Below the pieces are notes generated by a model. The model did no database searches. It worked only from the letters and a program-made list of their open reading frames with translations, and had not been told where the DNA came from. From contig CDLV01000007.1 of assembly GCA_001244265.2 (NCBI GenBank), positions 1,798,001 through 1,862,000 of the forward strand: DNA of 64,000 bases, given 5' to 3'. This DNA is from Microbotryum violaceum. Its lineage: Eukaryota. Position 1 is the stretch's first letter; every line of letters begins with the position of its first letter. This document shows, in pieces, positions 36,065-50,600 of this stretch. Position numbers and translations under genes: made by a program.

Positions 36065-39000
36065 GTGCTGGGGGGTGCGCTTGCGCTAACCTCGCGCGCG
36101 CCAAACTGAGCTGGCGCAATTGAGTTAGCGCACTTGAGTTGGCGCAGTCGAGCTCCCGAGTTAGCGCACTTGAGTTAGCGCACCGCGCGCGCTTGAGTTG
36201 GCGCACTTGAGTTAGCGCACTGAGTCGGCGCAATCAGGCGCGCCGCGTGCCCCCTTGTCTTCATGCTGCAACGTGCCATATCCTACGATGCAACTGCTGT
36301 CACGCTTTTTTCGGAAATGAAGCGCCGATAACACGGACGACATAATGAAGCAGCTGGCAAAGCTATCTGGGGCAAGGCTGCAACAAGCAAAGGTGAGTTA
36401 CTACGGACTTGCGCCAGTCCTGGCGCCGGGGCTGGAGCTGATGTATGTATCTCAAACTATCCCCTTTCACTAGTCCCTTCCTCAGACGATACCGCTGTGC
36501 GGGTTTTAATCGATTTCTGGCATTTCTTTGACCGGATCTATGTGTCCAAAAAACATGGCGCTGCCAAAGCCTTTGCTCGCGCCTTCTCCGATGCGGTTTT
36601 CATCCCGAATGCGGATGATCGACTCCTGATAAAGGCTCGCCTAGCAAAACTCGGAATGACGTGGGAAGAAGCGGTCCGTTCGCCGGTATGGAATAAGAAG
36701 CTTTGGAGACGCGTTCGTCGATGGATCCCTCCGCCTGGCATTCTCGAGCCTTTGGTCCGGGAGGTCTTTGAGAAGCTCGGTCGATGCGAAGTCGAAGCAA
36801 CCTCTTTTCAACAAAGCGGCGCACGAGGCAGCGAAGAGATGTCTTGAGGCGATTCGGAAAGGCCAAGTATCGGATCCAGTTGGCATCGAGCTGTACACCG
36901 ACCTTGGGCCTTGCGGAGGGCCAGATGGAAAGGCGGATGACGGTGTCCGTTTATATTCCTGCCAGCGCGACACCAACAGTCTCGAAGGAGGCATCCATCG
37001 GAACCTTCGCCAACGGTTTCCAAAGTCTGGTGTTTCTCCGTGTCATGTCAATGCGTGCACGGCTGACTACGTGCTAGTGCACAATCTCACGGTCAGTCCA
37101 ACTCCACCATCGCAATTCAAAGAAGCGGCAACCATTCTCACCCATTCTCCCTTGTATTCGCAGGTTGGGACGTTCAATCGTACCGGAAAACCATTCGTGG
37201 GGCACTGCGACCTCTGGCTCACTGTGGAATTACATCGTCTGAGGCGCAAAACCTCGGCATATTTCCCACGGCACTCAATCACCGTGTCAGATATAGTCAA
37301 CTCGCTGCTCTACACCCCATCCACCGAAACATTCGGCATCGTACCTGTTGTTCAGTCGCCAACAGCGCAAATGCGCTTTTTGATCGAGCCCTATCAAGTC
37401 GAGCGCGGGACTCTGCGTTTGGAGCCCGTCAAGTGGTCGCCACGGAACTTGCTGCAGAACAATACGCCGGCGATACAGCATATGCAAAGCCGGCTGCCAA
37501 CCAATCGCAAGCTTCGCCACGACTGGCTAGCGGAACGTCAGGGTACTCGATTCGATGTATTGTATGTCCACACACCCAGCGAACGAGCGCTATACAGATA
37601 TATCTCAAGCAAGGTACGACTGGGAGCTCCTCAAAATCTTCGGATATTGGAGATTACCGAGCTTTGGAACAAGTAGGCCAACGGAGTAGACATCTTTTAC
37701 AAAGTATGTCGCGTCTGTGTCACACTGAATGGTGATGTTAAGCTGAAGCGCAAATCTCACAGATGCCAGAGCACATCAATACATGGGCATCGAGATGTGG
37801 TCGTCGCTGGCAAATGCTCAAGCCACAATGAACATGGGTGGGAACGACGTCATAGTGATTCAAGCTTTGCTTACCGATCCCTCCCGCGGTCGTGATGTTA
37901 GCATGCTAGCGGCTAAGCCATTACTCGGTCACAAACCGCCTGTCTTGGGGAGGCTTACAGAGGTAGAAGTCGATTTCCGGATCCTCCAACGTCATCCATC
38001 CGCGCCTTTGTTGCAACTGCCTCGAGCCACGCTGGTTCTAGCGCGGACTTGGGCACGAGCAGCGCTTTGACGCGCGCGGGTACCACAAAAGGGGCAAGGC
38101 ACTGTCGATTATGTGGACAAACTACTTGTCGACGCAAGGGGTCAAACCTAAGCGATGACGGATCGGTGACTGAGTGTGACGGGGCGTGCTTGGACTGCGG
38201 GAAGCACAGACGAGATGGATCCGAACGAACCACAATCACGAAGGTTCTGTAGAGGACTGACAAGGGCTGAGATGAATGGCCGAGCTTGGCAACAAAAGAA
38301 GTGTCACAACTTTGTAGCTGTATAATACCTGCGTCATATGAAGTATGTTGTCAAAATGACTTGTTCCGTACCACCTCCTCTCTTTCTCCTTTTTCACCTC
38401 CCCTCCCTCTTCTTCTTTCTCCAAGTTCTTTCTCTTCCCCTCCCTCTTCTCTTTTTCCCCCCTTTTTTCCCTTTCCCTCTCCTCTTTTTCTTTTTCTTTT
38501 CTTTTTCTTTTTTTCCCTTTCCCTATGAGGCGCCGGAGCTAACACGAATTTCGCGCGAAAAAAAATAAAAATAAAAAATGACAGCACAGCACAGTCATGC
38601 CGCAAGGTCGTCCGTCATGACCCATGGCATGGCATGACTTCCCTCCAATCCATGGGACAGAGAAAGCTCTCATGAATCTCATTTGTAGCCATCAGCTCTT
38701 CTGCACCCACCTAGCTGAGCCTGTTGCTGTTACTGCTGCAGCGCTGCTTGACCCTGAGGCCCGCACCCTCCCGCACCCAGCGCCCAGGCAACCGCCTCGA
38801 GTTCGGCCTGGATTTGCCTCTTTTCCTCCTGCCACTCTCTTCCCCTCGCCTCTCCTAATGAACATGAACGGTTCAACATCTGGTTCGACCGACGATTTGT
38901 TCAGCTTGGCCTTGAATTGCGATACGGCCTCTTATTTTGGCGCTGCAACTGCTGGCGATGCACCCCTTTTGGTACAACAACGTATCGAGCGCGTGCTGGG

Positions 39001-39641
39001 GCGAGCGCCCGACTGTTCTTAGGCCCATTCGCGCCCTCAACCTCAAGCTCCACTCACTCCAGCTCAACAGCTCGAAATGATGAACATGATGGTAACGCTC
39101 CAGAAGATGAACAACAACTCGCTGCCATGGCTGCCAAGATCGAAGCGAGCTGAGCCGATCTACGCTCAATTGAACAACGCGCGATGGCTTTCGGGCAGAC
39201 GGATGCTAGGGTCGCGGCTGACAAACGAGGTCCAGCAGCAAATCTGGAGCTGATCAACTCTCACAACCTGGGTCTAGAGGAAACAGGTCAGTCTCGTCGA
39301 TTCACGTTGGCCGTTTGCCGTCCCTTGTTCCGTGTCCCATTGCTGATCTCTCGGCTCTCGCTTTCGTAGACTAGATCCGGGACAATGTGCCTTGGGCTTA
39401 CGTTAACGACTGGCCATCCCTTCAAATCCGGCTCGACTTTTTCCACATCCTCAAGTCGTCCCTCGTCTATCCCTCGGGTTCGAGCTCAACTCTTTTGCAG
39501 TCTTCGAGTCGCGCCTCGACCACCCGTCATCCAGCTCCCATCGCGCCATTGCCCGACCCGGCTTTTAGCCGATCGACCTCGAGCGACGCAAGGACGTCGC
39601 GATCATATCCGGTACATGCGGATGATCGCAATGGGCGGTAG
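36065..39641 (+). mobile_element. DxxH-transposase element copy 2 (inverted relative to 15463-19000), 3'-truncated at a LINE
   Basis: Many six-frame ORFs are identical to copy 1. It carries ~36 bp of extra subterminal repeat and the same frameshift near 36780. Confidence 0.9.
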
Positions 39642-41545
39642 AGCCTGTTGAAGGCAATCGCAAGAACGAACCGAACGACGATGTAGGTCCGAGAGTCACG
39701 ACTTCCGCCTCGCACCCGAGGAAGGCCAAGCATGATCTGGGAAGAGTCAACTTCGCCAGATTGGAAGTCACCTGCCTGGCCAAGTGCAACCCTCAGCAGC
39801 TGCAAGGTCAGGCGCCAGAACTCACGTGAATGGTCACATTCAAAGTAGAAGTGCATGAAGGTGTCTCGTTCTCCGCACTGTGGACGCCCTTCAGATGCAG
39901 CGTGACCATGGTGATGTTGCAGAACGCATGTCGGCGTCGCCCCGAAGATCAGCTTCCAGTGAACATCCTATTCAATCGCTGTTGCCCATTGACCGTTGAG
40001 CCAAATCCAGACTTGTTGCTTCTGTGACTTTGTGAGATCTGTTGGCCACTTGAGTCGAGACCCGTCGTCCAGCGAGGGATGGCGGGCCTCATTGATGAAG
40101 TGCCGCAGAGCTTTGATCGTAAAAGGACGGGTCGCGCCAAGGAACGTGTAGGTGCAGGGTCGTAGGAAGTGGCACTCGCCAATGGCGGTCCGGACGGCGG
40201 CGGGCTGGGGCAATACAGAGGGTATCAGAGAGCTAGCACTCACAGCGGCCCAAAGCTTTTCCAATAACAATTCTGGTTGCAGGCCTGGGTTGACGGGGTC
40301 CCCTGTTGTCTGAGGCCTCCGGTAAAGATCGATGACTGCCCCAAACTTTTTGAGCCGCTTGCGCGCATCGTCCGACAGGCCTTGTGGGTGTAAGGAAGGC
40401 AGAGTAGGTGGGATCACGAGCACCTCGGTCGACCGAAGGAGCTCTGGGAACACATGGGGCAGCATCATTCGAGCAACGTTGATGACCTTTGTCCACCGCG
40501 CGTGGGTTGCGCGGCGAGGTGAGGCAATCAGTGTTGACCAAATCGACGTTTCTTCCGGATATGTGCGCTCCCAGCTGATCCGTGCGAGTGTAGCCCAGAT
40601 AGGCTCGGAGCCATGGGCAACGCAGTCCCAGAACCGGATCGCCATAAAGCAAACAATGTCCTCGATGCTCAGCAGGCCCAAACCACCAAGATCGCGACGG
40701 AGGAAGACCGCCTCTTTTGTCACGGGTCGGAAGGAGTCGTTATGCCACACGAAGGAGATGAGCGCTTGTTCGAAAGCGTCGACGAAAGTGACGGGCAGAA
40801 TGTCGAACGAGAGCAAGTGGATGACCCTCGAAGTGACATACGAGTTGGCGTACATCGCGCGAGCCCGTGGGGGAACACGTCGATTCGGTGCTGCATCCAG
40901 TTGAGCCTTTGCTCGGTTGAGTGTCGTGCTCCAGAAGAGCAAGAGATCGCCGTCGATGGAAACCGGATAGCCAGCCCAAGTCATACACTCACCAGCGCGC
41001 ACAATAGCGATCCCGGCTAGCCCGCTCGTCCTGAGTCCAGCCCAAGCCAAGAGGGAGAGCAGTCGTCTTGGCCGTGTTCGAGCGTCCGTTTGTAGCCAAG
41101 CGCCAATCAACGGCGAGGCCAGTCAGGAGATCGAGTGCTGCCGGTGACAAAACGAGCACGATCGCATCGTCCGCAAAGGCGAGGTGGGTGAGGATTGCAG
41201 CCTGGGTGGGAAGAAGTATTGCACTGAGATCAAGGGCAATTTTTCTCCTCACTAGGGCATCGAGGTAGGGCTGAAAGCACACTTCCAGATGGGACAACTC
41301 ACCTGATCTCCTTGCCCGAGCCCGCACACCATGCGCACAGCCTCCGTGAGGTATCCATTGATGATGTAACGAAGTGACACCGATCTGTAGATAACGTCGA
41401 GAAGGCCAAGGAAGCGTTCTGGCGCTCCCATCGCTCGAAAGACGTTCATAACCCAGTCATGATCAACTAGGTCATATGCGCTTTCCTGATCAAGCGATAG
41501 GAGAGCCGAGTCAGCGAGGTCACGGGAGCGTATTTGTTCCCTGCT
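39642..41545 (-). mobile_element. L1/Tx1-clade LINE ORF2 fragment (RT + zf-RVT), frameshifted and truncated at both ends
   Basis: SLDQESAYDLVDHDW, GLGQGD, HLAFADD, GGLGLL and CPQCGERDTFMHFYFECDHSREFW. Confidence 0.92.
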
Positions 41546-42173
41546 GTAGTCGTTACACCGTCGCCATCGGGTACACCCGTCTTTCAACGAGATGCGTTGT
41601 CAACCGCCAGCCCCGCGTCACCGGTCACTTCCCCTACCGTCATCACCGCCGCCATGGCTGCCACGGCTGCCCATGAGCAGACGATCCAAGAACAACAACG
41701 AGACCTTGTTGAACGTCTACTCTTCTGCAAGGAGCTCAATATTGTGCCAGGCCCCAACGCGGGGCGCATGCTTCATGTCCATCACCACCACCCCCTCTAC
41801 CCACCTACCTCTGCCATGGCGATGAAAGACGCCTCCAGGAAGTTGAAAGGATCCGAAACCGACTACCGCGATGTAGTCCAGCCCGACACCATATGTATCA
41901 CCCTCAGTCTTGCGACCCACAAGTCGCTCCCTCGCGTCGGCGTCGAAAAGGCGCTCATTGCACACTACAACATGGCGAAACCCAAATCCATGTGCCTCTT
42001 CTCCATCCCTAAAGCCAACATCAGCAAGCTCGGATCCAAATTCGATCACCTCCTTTCCGATATCAACGCAACCTCGAGGTAGTTCCAGACGAACCACTCC
42101 AACTTATCTTCAGTGGCGACTACTGGTTCTATGTGCAGCTTCCGGAAGAAGCGATGAAGGATGTCGACTTCAA

Positions 42174-42480
42174 TTTTTTTTTTTTTGGTAGAAAACGTTC
42201 ATCATATTGCCCCCAATTCATGTTCCCTCTATTTGGCCTACGGAAAAAACTAGATGGAAGTCGACGATGATAACACAAACCGCCCGCAAGATGCGAGAAA
42301 CGGGCCGGTGTCCACCAATCCGATACCTGGGATTCAAGTGCCCGAGCCAAGCGGTTGCTCCCCCCCAGGAGACGAATGAGAGAGAGAAAGAGAAAAAAAG
42401 AAATGTACTAACGACAGAAGGCCCACCCCACAGTCACTTCCCACTCGGTCGAGACAAAGACAAGAGCACGACTGCGCAAC
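42174..42480 (-). repeat. Poly(A)-tailed retroposon 3' end, family B (second copy at 59134-59440)
   Basis: T13 tract followed by ~300 bp matching 59134-59440. Confidence 0.85.
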
Positions 42481-42651
42481 AACCACGACCCTTGACGCTC
42501 CAAGTATTTGCTCAGTCACAACAAGATGCGGTGAAGGTCCCTCAAACCCTCCCCCTCGGCAGTCCCTGGCCCCTCAAAGCCGACTTTCTGCCTGTGTCCG
42601 CTGATCCCTCCCTTGACTCAGAACCCCGAAGCCAAAGAGCGCGAGCCACCC

Positions 42652-44394
42652 TTTTTTTTGGGGGGGGGGGGGGGGCTCATAAATTGCTATCCTTTGGGTT
42701 GGCTGGGACCGCTACAAAAAGGGCTAAAGGAGGTTATAAAGCAACGACGGCAAGCAGTTGGGTGAAAGTCAAACCCCTGCGCGCAACGAGCGCTGCGCAG
42801 ATCAAAACCCGCCGAGCACCTAACGCGGACTCCAACGGGCGGTGAGTACTGCTGCCGCTTCACGTCACAAGAGCGGGAGCGAAGATACTCGAAAACCAGG
42901 CAAGAGCGCCTAGAGAAAGAAGGGGGAGAGTATACAGAAAGTCACGACTGGGGATACGGGGAACCAGGAATACTAAGACAGAGAGGAGGGGAACACACCC
43001 GAGGGGCCAAGGGAGGGGGTCGAAGCCGGAGGTAGAGGTCCCCAGGGACTAACAGGCCGCAGCCAAGCCCCAGCTACTCGTCACCCCAACAGCGCCTGAT
43101 GTCCTCCCTTGGCTGAATCTTGAGTGCTGGCTGTTGAGCCGTCGGGGCCGAGAGAAAAGCGAACCAGTACAACGAAACGAGCCTCGCCTTGACGCGAGGA
43201 TATTGACCAGAAACGAGCGACCTTCCTTCCCGAGCCATGCCGTAGATCTTGACCAACGCGAACGAACGAACCATTCGACGGAATCCAACACACGGCTTAG
43301 GAGTAAAAGGAGAAGTGGCTGAAGCGTAGTCAACAACCGAGCAACAGGAACAAGAAGAGGAAGGGAAGGGAAAAAGGGGGAAAGGAGAGGGAAAACTTCA
43401 CAAAGCCTCCAACGCAAAGATGATCAACCTGGCTTGCCGATCCATCCAAGAACAAAAAAACCGCTACTGCGCAAAGTAGAGAGAGAGAGGGAGAGGTGCG
43501 CAGCCTTCCACTGCGCAACAAGTTTCAAGACAGTCAGCTTCTAAAAGAGGAGTTGACCTCCGAAAAAGAAGGGAGGAAAGGAGGGGAGGAAAACGGGAAG
43601 GAAGGACTTGACTCGGTCACCACACCTCCCAATCTTGAGCCCCAGGCACAAAACCCGCTCGAGAGAGAAAATCTTGCTCGAAAGCTCTGAGTGCACTGGG
43701 GAGCGAGGGAGGGGCCACGATCTTGTCCAGCTCGAACTGCTGATGAACGCGCCAGCGGAGCAGGTGCAGCCGCTGGAAGCCGATTGCGCAAGCCAGCCGA
43801 ACCCACATCCATTTCGAGGTCGTTCTCCTACGAGCCCGCAAAAGGGGGAGCCCCATAGTCAGCTGCTCCGGAGTGAACGTCGACGGATCGACGTCGGTAT
43901 CCTTGATGCCCAGCTTGTCGAACAGAATGCGAAGCACCCCGCCCCAGAAGCTGGTCGAGTACGCGCACTCAAAAAAGTAGTGCGAGACCGTCTCGATGAC
44001 CGCTGCATCGTTGCCGCAGAACAGACACGTCGGCGAAGAGGCATGACCCTGAGTATGCTGCCTCTTGCGCGTCGGCGTCACGTCCTACATGAGCCGCCAG
44101 TGGGTGTCCTGCTCCACAGCAGACGCAAACCGGTCATGAAGCCATCTCCAGAAGCGTTTCCTATCGCTTTGAGAAGTCCCATCACGGAAACGCTTGACAC
44201 GATCCTCCCTCCCTGGGAACCGAACCACGTTCACAAGCCGACGAAGCTTACAAATAGTGAACGGTTGGGTGAGCCCCAAGGAGTTGAAGCACCGAGGACG
44301 GGGAGCCTCCTTGAGAGGTATCCGAGCAGGTTGCAACGCGGTCTTGGGCAGCAAGGCTTTCGCCTTGAGCAACTGACCCACGCGCAACCACACG
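42652..44394 (-). mobile_element. LINE (L1/Tx1-like, family A): ORF2 C-terminus, ~960-bp 3'UTR and poly(C)-poly(A) tail
   Basis: CLFCGNDAAVIETVSHYFFEC zf-RVT motif; 3'UTR homologous to 57166-58020; tail at 42652-42675. Confidence 0.9.
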
Positions 44395-47657
<3,263 letters not shown>

Positions 47658-50600
47658 TGTTAGAAGTGGGGTCTGAGAGCCTAACTCATTGCTATTAGTC
47701 TTGGTTAATACTTTATTCTGCGCGCGCGCCTATCTTTGTCTTTGCGTCTTTTTTCTTTCTGGGTTCCTTCTCCACGCTATTCTCATCATCTCACTCGTGT
47801 ATCTCGGAGCTGAGTCGTGGAGTACCTCTTAGGTTAGTTACTGCAAAGCCAGGCTATTCTCATCATCTCACTTGTGTATCTCGGAGCTGAGTCATGGAGT
47901 ACCTCTTAGTCCTTGTTGCAACAGGTTATGAGCTCAACGGGCGAATCCGACTTCCCCAACGGGTCGGGCAATCACTTGTATCTCAAGGACACACAAGGAA
48001 GGGTACAAGAGCTGGTCACAACGTGCGTTTATCAATCTTCGAGCCGACAAAGTATGGGATGTCGTCAATCAATCCATCAACTCCCTTGTCGCGGACTATT
48101 GGTCCACGCTTGTTATCGCACATGCAACTGCGTCCGTTGCGCCAGTTGAACCAGCCTCCTCCGGCTTTAGCGGGCTTGGGGGGGGGGGGGGCGGGGGCTC
48201 TGGTTCTGCGCACTCGGACGCCTCGCCCAGGCTCACCAGCGTTCAAGTTGCGGACAAGGTCGCGGAATATTGCGAACGGGCCATCCGCCGCAACAATTTG
48301 GCATGCAAGTACATCGCCAATTCGATCTCTGAGGAACAGATGTCTCACTTGATTCATCTTACCTCGGCGTACAAGATGCGTGACACCCTCCGTGGTCTCC
48401 ACTCTCACGGTCGCCCGAGTCGCACTATGGACCTCCTCAACACTCTAGCGCAACCTTACTCTGGGGATATTCCTTTTGAGGAATTCGTCAACAAGGTCAA
48501 GATCACCATGACCGATTTTCAGAACCTCGGAGCTCCGCTTCCGCATTGGCTGTTTGCAGGCATGCTCGTTTGGTCGCTCCCAGCCCAGTATGACTCGATC
48601 GTTGGGAACCTTGCCTCCGACATCGACATCCACATGGATTGGAACACGTTCTATCCGAAACTCCTGATGAACGTCGAAATGGCTGATTCCCGAAACAAAC
48701 AAAAGGAATCGTTATCCGCTCGGATTGTTGACAATACTAGCCTTGTTGCCCATATTTCCACCACGGCACAAAAGGACTACTCCAAGTCGTATTGTTCGCG
48801 CTGCAAAGCACTGGGACACGAGCGTGGTTGGCGTCTCTGTCCAAGCAGGAACAAGGATGCGAGCGCTCCCGCTTCCTCGGACTCAAATTTGAACGTAGCT
48901 GCCATTGGTGTAGATGAATCTGCATTGATGACCTACACTTTCCCCTAGCCGCAAACGATGCCACGTTTTCCATGGATCATTGACTCGGGTGCTAAGGTCC
49001 ATTGCGTTGGAGACAAGTTGGTCCTATCGGACGTTGTCTCTGAGCCTCTCAAGAATTTCTGTCGCCAATCAATCTCAAATTGAATCTCCCGGTCATGGCT
49101 CAGTGACGTTTCTTACCTCATATGGCGCTCGTATCACCATTAAGAGTCTACTACATGCCCGGTGCTCAATGCGGTTTTATCTCCATCGACCGTCTGTTGG
49201 AATTGATGACGTACGCTGTTGGTCCCCAAAGCAATCTCATTTTCAGCATCCGCGGCAAGTCGATTCTGCGCTCGCTTCCTGGTCGGGGGTATGTCATGGG
49301 TGCAGCTCCCGTTCAGCCTATCATGTCATCCTCACCGCCTTCAATGGTCGGAGCCAATCGTCTCACTGGAACCTGTACGTTGATGCAAGCACATCGGAAG
49401 TTGGGCCATCAATCTCCTGCGGCGATCGTTTTGGCCGTCAAATCCGGGGCTATCACTGGCATCACTCTGAAGGACGAAAAGGTTACTCCTTGCTTCTCGT
49501 GCATCCAGGCCAAGTCAAAGCGATCACCCTTCTCCAACAAGAGTACCAAAGCGCCTCATGCACTCTACCGCGTCTTCATCGATCTCGGGTTTGTCAAACA
49601 TCCCAATCACCATGGCAATACTATCTATCTCGCTATTGTGGATCAGTATTTGATGGCTAAATGGACGATTGTGCTAAAGGACAAGAGGGCTGAGACAATT
49701 ATCAAAGCATGGTCAAAATTTCAAGCCGAGTCCGAGCGTCAAACGGGTCAGATCGGACAATAGTCGTGAATTTGACAACTCATTGTTCCGGGCTCTTCTT
49801 GAAAAGCAGGGCATCATCGTGGAATTCACGGCCCCCTCTACTCCGGAGCAAAATGGTCAAGTAGAGCGACTCAATGGATCTCTCATGGGTCTCGTTTGAT
49901 CAATGCTCCTCAACTCCGGTCTTCCCATGCGATTCTGGTCAGATGCTCTGGCCGTCGCGACATTTGTTCTCAATCGTTGACCACATCCTTGTATTCAAGC
50001 AAAAACGGCAATCGAAGTTCTTCTCGGCAAGAAGCCTAGTCTTGTGTAATACACCCCGTTGGAGTGTACACCTGAGCGACGACGACAAGGATCACAGGAC
50101 CAAAGTATGTAGAATTGACACTGGACACTTGTATCAGTCGCTGGTATGACAATGCCTTCTGATCCACCTTGTGCTCACCTGGACACTCGTATCAGTCGCT
50201 GGAGAGAGACTAAGAGTGCCCAGGCGCGCGTCCCCTCTTCCTAAGGCCCAGGCGCACGGGCCTTACACTCTCCACCACCTAAACCAAACTCCCCTCCCTC
50301 CTTACACCCTCCCCTCCTTGCCTTGTCCTCCCCCGCCTTCCCACTCTCCCACTCTTCCAATGCTGCGGTGTCTTCCAGGTGTGAGCATGGCTCCCATGTG
50401 TTGTCGCTGTCTGCCCACCCCTTCCATTTCACCAAGAACCTCTTCCTTGACCCCTTCCCCTTTTCGTCCACAATCCGTTCTACCTCCCATTCCTTGTTTC
50501 CTTGGACGATAATGGCCGCTGGTTCCGTTGCCTCTCGTCCTGGGAACACCACCCCATTGTTCTTTACCCAGCGTCGGAGCTTGGAGGCGTGGAAGACGTT

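Noticed and set aside
41546-42170. 182-aa plus-strand ORF as a host gene
   Set aside because: No recognisable motif, and it is wedged between LINE fragments; probably a TE remnant, left uncalled.
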